Positions 58,571 to 64,000 of a stretch of 64,000 bases of DNA are shown in pieces. Source of the stretch: an uncultured Spirochaetota bacterium (lineage in GTDB: Bacteria > Spirochaetota > Spirochaetia > SZUA-6 > Fen-1364). The translations under genes and the position numbers were made by a program. The stretch spans positions 256,001-320,000 of the forward strand of contig CAWAHW010000004.1 in the NCBI GenBank assembly GCA_963781885.1, in the 5' to 3' direction. Numbering within the stretch: position 1 is the stretch's first letter; each line of letters starts with the position of its first letter. The notes beneath the pieces were generated by a model, which saw only the letters and a program-made list of their open reading frames with translations, was not told the DNA's origin and did no database searches.

Positions 58571-61500
58571 TCATTCCGATTTCAGGACTTCCCTTATCTT
58601 GGCGGCAAGTGCCTGGATGGTGTACGGCTTTGCAATGAATTCCAAATTGTCGTCGACAATTCCATGATGAGCGATCACATTGCGCGTATATCCCGACGTG
58701 AACAGGATCTTCATTTCCGGATGCAAGGCGTGAAGGCGATCGGCCAGCTCGGGTCCGGTCATGCCCGGCATCACCACGTCGGTCATGAGGAGGTCGATGC
58801 GATCCCTGTATTTCGCGGCGAAATCGAGGACCTCAGGGACGGTGGAAGGGGACAGTACCTTGTAGTGGAGGCTTGTCAGTGCCTTCACGGCAAACATGCG
58901 CACGCTGTCATTGTCCTCGACAACCAGAATCGTCTGGTTTCCTGTCGGCAATTCACGGTGAATGCTCTCTCTGACGAGCTCCTCTGACTTCTCTTCGATT
59001 CTTGGAAGGTAAATCCGAAATTGCGTCCCCCGCCCTTCTTCTGAATATACCTCAATCGCTCCTCCCGACTGTTTCACAATGCCGAAGACTGTTGCCAGAC
59101 CGAGCCCCGTCCCCTGCCCCACGGGTTTCGTTGTGTAGAATGGCTCGAACAGATGTGCTTTCACCTCCTCGCTCATTCCGTGCCCCGAGTCGCTCATGGC
59201 AAAAAGCACATACCTGCCGGGATGTGTCTCGGGATGATGCACGCAGTATTCCTCGTCGAATTCGACGTTTGATGTCTCGATGATGAGTTTGCCGCCGCTG
59301 GGCATCGCGGCGCGTGCGTTTGTCGCCAGGTTCAACAGAATCTGTTCTATCTGCCCGGGATCGACGCGGACGTTTCCAAGCTCCCTGTCGAGAACGGTTT
59401 CCAGCGCGACGTCCTCTCCAAGAAGACGGGTCAACATATTCTGGAACCTGTCGACGAGACCATTCAGATTGAAAACCTTGGGCTGGATGATCTGTCGGCG
59501 TGCAAAAGCGAGGAGCTCGCGGGTCAACGACGCGGCACCCTGCGCGGCCGCGCCGATTTCATCAAGGTATCTCATTGCAGAGCTGGAAGAATCAAGGCTC
59601 ATCCGCGCCAGATCGATGTTGCCGATTATCGCAGTCAGAAGATTGTTGAAATCGTGCGCGATCCCTCCTGCCAACCGCCCGACTGCCTCCATTTTCATTG
59701 CCTGCTGGAGCTTTTCCTGGAGCCTGCTCTGTTCCTCCTGCGACTTCTTGAACTCCGTGATGTCACGATCTATTCCACGATACCCTACGAGCATTCCGTT
59801 CTCGCCGAACACCGGCACCCCGCTTGTTTCCATCACGATCATCCGTCCGTCCTTGTGGCGGTTTCTGTTTTCCAGTCTTTCAAATGGCCTGCCGGATGCG
59901 ACGATTCTCTGGAATTCGGCCTTGATGGGCGCGGCTTCCTCCGCCGACATCAGGTCAAAAGGGGTTGTGCCGAGGATCTCTTCAGGTCGGTATCCCAGCA
60001 CGTCCGTGACTCGTGGACTTGCGTAGGTGTAGGCGCCATTCCGATCTACTTCCCATACCCAATCACTGGTTGTTTCAACCAGAGAGCGGAATCGCTCCTC
60101 GCTCTTCTGCAGTGCTTCTTCCGCCTCTTTGCGCTCGGTGATGTCAGTGGAGATGCTCATTTGGGCATACACGTTCCCCGACGAATCTCTCAACGGGGCG
60201 ATGGAGACACCGATCAGAATCCTGGATCCGTCTTTCTGTCTCTGCTCCAATTCGAGGTTTGTAAGAATTTCCCCTTGCGTAACGCGCTCGCGCAGCGTGC
60301 GATGTCCTTCGCCTTTTTCTTCGAGGACGATGGGCAAGGGTCTTCCGAGGACTTCTCGAGCCGTCCATCCAAACATCTTTTCCGCGGCACTATTCCAGAG
60401 CAAGACATCACCGTCAAGATCGAACATGATAATGGCCAGAGGAGAGTAGTCAAACAAGGCTTGCAGGGTTTCGTTTGACTGTCGAAGGGACTGTTCGGCC
60501 TGTTTAACCTCCACGACTTGCCGCTCCAGGCTCTCGAGGCTTTGCCGCAGTTGCGCGGTCATGCTGTTGAAAGCCACCGCCAGACGGGCGACCTCTCGAG
60601 GCCCGCCGACCATTGCCTGCAGTTCTCTCCTGCCTTCAGCGATATGGGTCGCGGTTTCCATCAGGCTCACCAGGGGCACCGACAGCCGGCGCGCCAAGTA
60701 CACGCCCAGAACACCGGCCAAGACCGCCATGACCAAAGTGATCACGATGGACTCCACGGCCTGACGTATGACCTCCCCGTAGGCCTCTTCCCACGGCAAC
60801 TCGGTCACGACCGCCCAATCCGGCGTCTCCAGCCGAACATAGGTTCCCACCACCTTTGCCCCCATGATTCCCGGATACGTTGTCACTTTCGGCGCGGGGG
60901 CGGAGGCGGGACTGTGGATGAAGTCGCTGACGGTCTTGAGATGACCCACGTTTTCGCCCTTCAAGACGCGGGCCGTGTCGCCGAAGGCGATCAAAGTGCC
61001 TTGTCTATCGACCACATAGGCGTACCCCGTCTCGCGTACCTTGAGGTGAGTCACCAGATCCCACATAAACTTGAGGTCAACTTCAACCGCCAGGAGCCCT
61101 CGATACGTCCCAAAGACGTCGGTCACGGGAACCGCCATGACGACCATGGGTTCACGCGTCGAGGAATCGATATACACAGTGCTGATGTACCTTTCCTTCT
61201 GTCGAATCTCCGCCCGCACATTCCCGTTCAACTGGTCCTCGAGTCGCCACGCCGCGGTCAGTGGGAGGCGGGTGGCCTGGACCACGACCTGGTCCTGGGC
61301 ATCCAACAAAGCCAATTTGAAAAAAGCCGGCTGGAGACCCAACAAGCTGTCCAGCATCAGTTTCTGTTGTTCGAGGGATTCCGCGTATGGATTGGTCAGC
61401 CAGATCGTTGTCTCCAGGATACTGAATTTGTCTTGGATGAAACTGCTGACGCTTCTCGCTGCATCCTGCGCAATGAGTTGTTGATCACTCGAGATGACTG

Positions 61501-61642
61501 TCTTCTGGGTTTGGATACTGGAAAACAACTGCAAGCCGCCGGAAAGAGAGAGCATGAGCACGCCAAAGGTCAAGAAAGCAATGGTCAACGTGGCGGTCAG
61601 GCTCAACACGGCGTGGGGTTTCTTGGTCAGGATCCTCATCAT
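58571..61642 (-). CDS. Hybrid sensor histidine kinase (Cache-HAMP-PAS-PAS-HK-REC)
   Basis: Cache (TGYAYVVD), HAMP, two PAS domains, AHDFNN, GTGLGL, C-terminal REC (LMTDVVMP). Confidence 0.94.
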   Translation of the reverse strand: MMRILTKKPHAVLSLTATLTIAFLTFGVLMLSLSGGLQLFSSIQTQKTVISSDQQLIAQDAARSVSSFIQDKFSILETTIWLTNPYAESLEQQKLMLDSLLGLQPAFFKLALLDAQDQVVVQATRLPLTAAWRLEDQLNGNVRAEIRQKERYISTVYIDSSTREPMVVMAVPVTDVFGTYRGLLAVEVDLKFMWDLVTHLKVRETGYAYVVDRQGTLIAFGDTARVLKGENVGHLKTVSDFIHSPASAPAPKVTTYPGIMGAKVVGTYVRLETPDWAVVTELPWEEAYGEVIRQAVESIVITLVMAVLAGVLGVYLARRLSVPLVSLMETATHIAEGRRELQAMVGGPREVARLAVAFNSMTAQLRQSLESLERQVVEVKQAEQSLRQSNETLQALFDYSPLAIIMFDLDGDVLLWNSAAEKMFGWTAREVLGRPLPIVLEEKGEGHRTLRERVTQGEILTNLELEQRQKDGSRILIGVSIAPLRDSSGNVYAQMSISTDITERKEAEEALQKSEERFRSLVETTSDWVWEVDRNGAYTYASPRVTDVLGYRPEEILGTTPFDLMSAEEAAPIKAEFQRIVASGRPFERLENRNRHKDGRMIVMETSGVPVFGENGMLVGYRGIDRDITEFKKSQEEQSRLQEKLQQAMKMEAVGRLAGGIAHDFNNLLTAIIGNIDLARMSLDSSSSAMRYLDEIGAAAQGAASLTRELLAFARRQIIQPKVFNLNGLVDRFQNMLTRLLGEDVALETVLDRELGNVRVDPGQIEQILLNLATNARAAMPSGGKLIIETSNVEFDEEYCVHHPETHPGRYVLFAMSDSGHGMSEEVKAHLFEPFYTTKPVGQGTGLGLATVFGIVKQSGGAIEVYSEEGRGTQFRIYLPRIEEKSEELVRESIHRELPTGNQTILVVEDNDSVRMFAVKALTSLHYKVLSPSTVPEVLDFAAKYRDRIDLLMTDVVMPGMTGPELADRLHALHPEMKILFTSGYTRNVIAHHGIVDDNLEFIAKPYTIQALAAKIREVLKSE

Positions 61643-61674
61643 CCTTCTCGTTCTATCCGTGTGCCTTTGCTGAA

Positions 61675-62692
61675 TCAGTGAATGATTTCGCTCGCCTGCT
61701 TCAACAGACCTTGCGGCACCGTCAGCCCCAGTTCGAGAGCCTTTTTGTAGTTGATGAACAAATGCGGTTCGGTCGTCACGACCGGAATGGTGCCGGCCGG
61801 GGCACCTTTGAGGATTTTATCGGCAAGGGATGCGGCGAGCCTCCCTTGTTCATGCTGGTCGGTCGAAGCGGTAAGAACGGCCCCACTTCGTACCAGGGTT
61901 GGCTGGCCGCCGGCAACGGGAACCTGATGAGCATCCGCGAACTTCAGGACCGAGCTGGCAGCTTCCGACGATTGAGGGATCAGATCTGGAAAAAGCAGGA
62001 TGGCATTGATGCGGGTATCGCCGGATTTCTCCAGCGCCTGCAAAATGGCCGGAATATCCGGGACATTGAGGATGCGAACTTCCTGCAACGTCACGTTGGA
62101 GGACAATGCCGCCGAACGCAATGCCTCCAACACAGATGGGTCTGTAGGATAATTCGGCTCATAGAAGACCATGACTCGTTTTGCCCTTGGGGTCAGCTCG
62201 AGCAACGACTCGAAACTCTTGAGCGTCAATTCAGGGCTTGGCAAGCGAACGCCGGTGATGTTTCCGCCCGGGCTGCGCACGCTGTCGACCAGACCAGTCC
62301 CCTCGATGACGGCGTTGGCAAATACAATGGGGATATCGGTCCCTTGAACGACGGCCTTCACCGCGACGGCCGGCTCGACCGGGAAACGCAAACACCAAGT
62401 CAACCTTCTCGGTCACGAATTTGCCGGCGATGAGCTTCGCCTCAGCCGGGTCAACTTTTATCTGCTGCACGTCGTAGGCGATGTTCGTGCCCTCGACATA
62501 GCCTAGCTCAGTCATCCGCGCCTTGAAGTCGTCGGCAATTGTCGCCATTGTCGCTGCGCCGATGAGAACGCCTACTCGATACACCTTGGGCGTCTTGGCG
62601 CATCCACTCACCAGCAGGACAACCTCAACGATCCCAACGAGGAGGATCCACCTGTTTTGGATGCTATTTCGAGGAAGAATGTCGCCGGGCAC
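61675..62692 (-). CDS. ABC_sub_bind-type substrate-binding lipoprotein (apparent +1 frameshift near 62381)
   Basis: Lipobox LVSGC, LGYVEG, IPIVFA, PGGNITGV, KILKGAPAGTIPV, INYKKALELGLTVP. Confidence 0.85.
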
Positions 62693-62974
62693 GGCGTCTC
62701 CTCTTCATCTGGTCACCAGGTCCGAAGGTTATTCTCGACGAACCGGCAGTCCCGACGGCGAAAAAACCCACACCGGCGCCCATGAGACCGCTCGATTCGC
62801 CGCCGCACGCGCCTTTGGGATATCCCCATGCTGACTATATAGCGCCTCATTCGCCGGCGCAAGCTGCGCGTGCGGTTTGCGAACAGCTGCCGCTCGACGT
62901 GGAATGAGCGCTTTCGACCATTCTCATACGACGGAGAGCCGGAACCGTCACGGTGGTCAGTCGGGAGAAGTCTC

Positions 62975-64000
62975 TTAGACCAGGCCGAACTTTTCCTCAA
63001 TGGCCTCCAACGCCGCGCGGTCGATGTGCGCGAGGGGCCCAAGCTTCTGGGCGTCGATGACCGCCCGAGCGCTGAACTCGGCCACCTCCATGCGATCGAA
63101 GGCCTGCGTGAGGGTGGCGCCGGTGGCGAGCACCGCGTCATTCTGCAGGAGCGCCACCGGCGCGCGGGGAGAGACCTCCCGCGCAAGGGCGCGCTCGTCG
63201 GAGAAGGGTCGTCCGTAGGCGATCAGCGGGATGTTCCGCAGCACGATGTAGCTCTCCGGGATGATCGCGCTGTCCAGCGTCGTGCCGGTGACGGAGAAGG
63301 CGGTGATGGCGGGAGACTGCGCGCTTGCAATCGCGCCAATGGCGGGATTGGCGGCATAGATCTCCCGGTGGAGGACGATGGCCCGGCTGGGAAGCGCGCC
63401 GCGCTCCCGCCTGCCGCCCTGCACGAGCACGAAATCCGATTCGTCGATGTAGCTGCGGTCGACCCCGTACGGGCTGATGAGGAAGCTGTCCCCGTCCACG
63501 CGCGCGGAGACGGTGCCTTCCGTGCTGGTCATGAGCCGCTGCCGGTAGGCGCGGTGCACGAGCTCGCGCATCTCGCGGCGCAGGCTGCGCTCCGGCGAGC
63601 TGCGGAATCCCGGGTCGAACTCGGGCAGGTCCAGGTTCTTGCCATGGTCGGCCATCGCGATCTCTTCTGGCCGGAGGCTTCGCACGGGACCCAGGGTGCT
63701 TGCGTTGATGAGCGTCCGCGCGCAGAAATCGAGCGTCTCGAAGCGCTGGAACGCCTCCAGCAGGTCGCGGCCGCCCGTTGCCACGCCGTGATTCTCCAGG
63801 AGCACCGTGTCGAATCCCTTGCCAAATGCCTCCGCGATGTTGCGGCCGAGCTCCTCCGAGCCGGGTATCGCGTACGGGGCAAAACCGACCACGCCGCACA
63901 AGGCGCGCGCCTGCGGTATGATGCCCGTGTCGGGTATGCGCCGCACAAGGCTGAAGGCGACGAGCGCCGCGGGGTGCGCGTGGAGCACGGCCTTGACGTC
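62975..64000 (-). CDS. Class II aldolase/adducin family protein, tandem domains (5' end off the window)
   Basis: VLHAHP, LLENHG; second domain TSTEGTVSAR..PSRAIVLHREIY. Confidence 0.85.
   Translation of the reverse strand, partial: DVKAVLHAHPAALVAFSLVRRIPDTGIIPQARALCGVVGFAPYAIPGSEELGRNIAEAFGKGFDTVLLENHGVATGGRDLLEAFQRFETLDFCARTLINASTLGPVRSLRPEEIAMADHGKNLDLPEFDPGFRSSPERSLRREMRELVHRAYRQRLMTSTEGTVSARVDGDSFLISPYGVDRSYIDESDFVLVQGGRRERGALPSRAIVLHREIYAANPAIGAIASAQSPAITAFSVTGTTLDSAIIPESYIVLRNIPLIAYGRPFSDERALAREVSPRAPVALLQNDAVLATGATLTQAFDRMEVAEFSARAVIDAQKLGPLAHIDRAALEAIEEKFGLV

Noticed and set aside
62693-62974. Riboswitch or small ORF (62713..63186) upstream of the binding protein
   Set aside because: No recognisable motif, and the ORF overlaps the aldolase and looks non-coding.
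1-64000. CRISPR array, rRNA or tRNA genes
   Set aside because: No regularly spaced direct repeats or recognisable structural RNA genes were seen. Intergenic gaps are short and mostly accounted for.

Overview
A 64-kb GC-rich bacterial chromosomal window. The gene repertoire is compatible with a free-living spirochaete or similar environmental anaerobe; this is inference only. Left to right it holds: an arsenic-resistance cluster (acr3-arsM-arsR, divergent from a MarR regulator with a C-terminal Cys-Cys, an ArsD-like protein, a half-size ArsA and a flavin reductase); a two-component system with a sugar ABC importer; a WYL regulator with a GyrI-like gene; an EamA transporter; an AlkZ/YcaQ-like glycosylase; typA; a single-chain XdhA-XdhB xanthine dehydrogenase with XdhC; pgi; an E2-like acyltransferase with an acyl-CoA ligase; an Mhq-like dioxygenase/hydrolase pair; an IS110-family element; a LacI-controlled maltodextrin ABC/malQ locus; TetR, HxlR and WYL regulated modules; a signalling cluster (PAS-LuxR, degenerate kinase, sigma54 activator, sigma54 promoter, cheW, MCP, kinase); a heterodimeric ABC exporter; and a lower-GC binding protein/hybrid kinase pair. 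The four best observations are: (1) an IS110/IS1111-type element whose downstream bridge/seek RNA has four guide segments matching its own target and donor; (2) that element sits in the terminal inverted repeat of a ~120-bp MITE-like element with a 9-bp target duplication; (3) a ChpT-like pseudo-histidine kinase coupled to a sigma54 activator upstream of cheW-mcp; (4) a MarR/ArsD-like/half-ArsA arsenic module with visible operators. Six genes carry apparent single-base insertions, most likely sequencing errors. No rRNA, tRNA or CRISPR array was seen.
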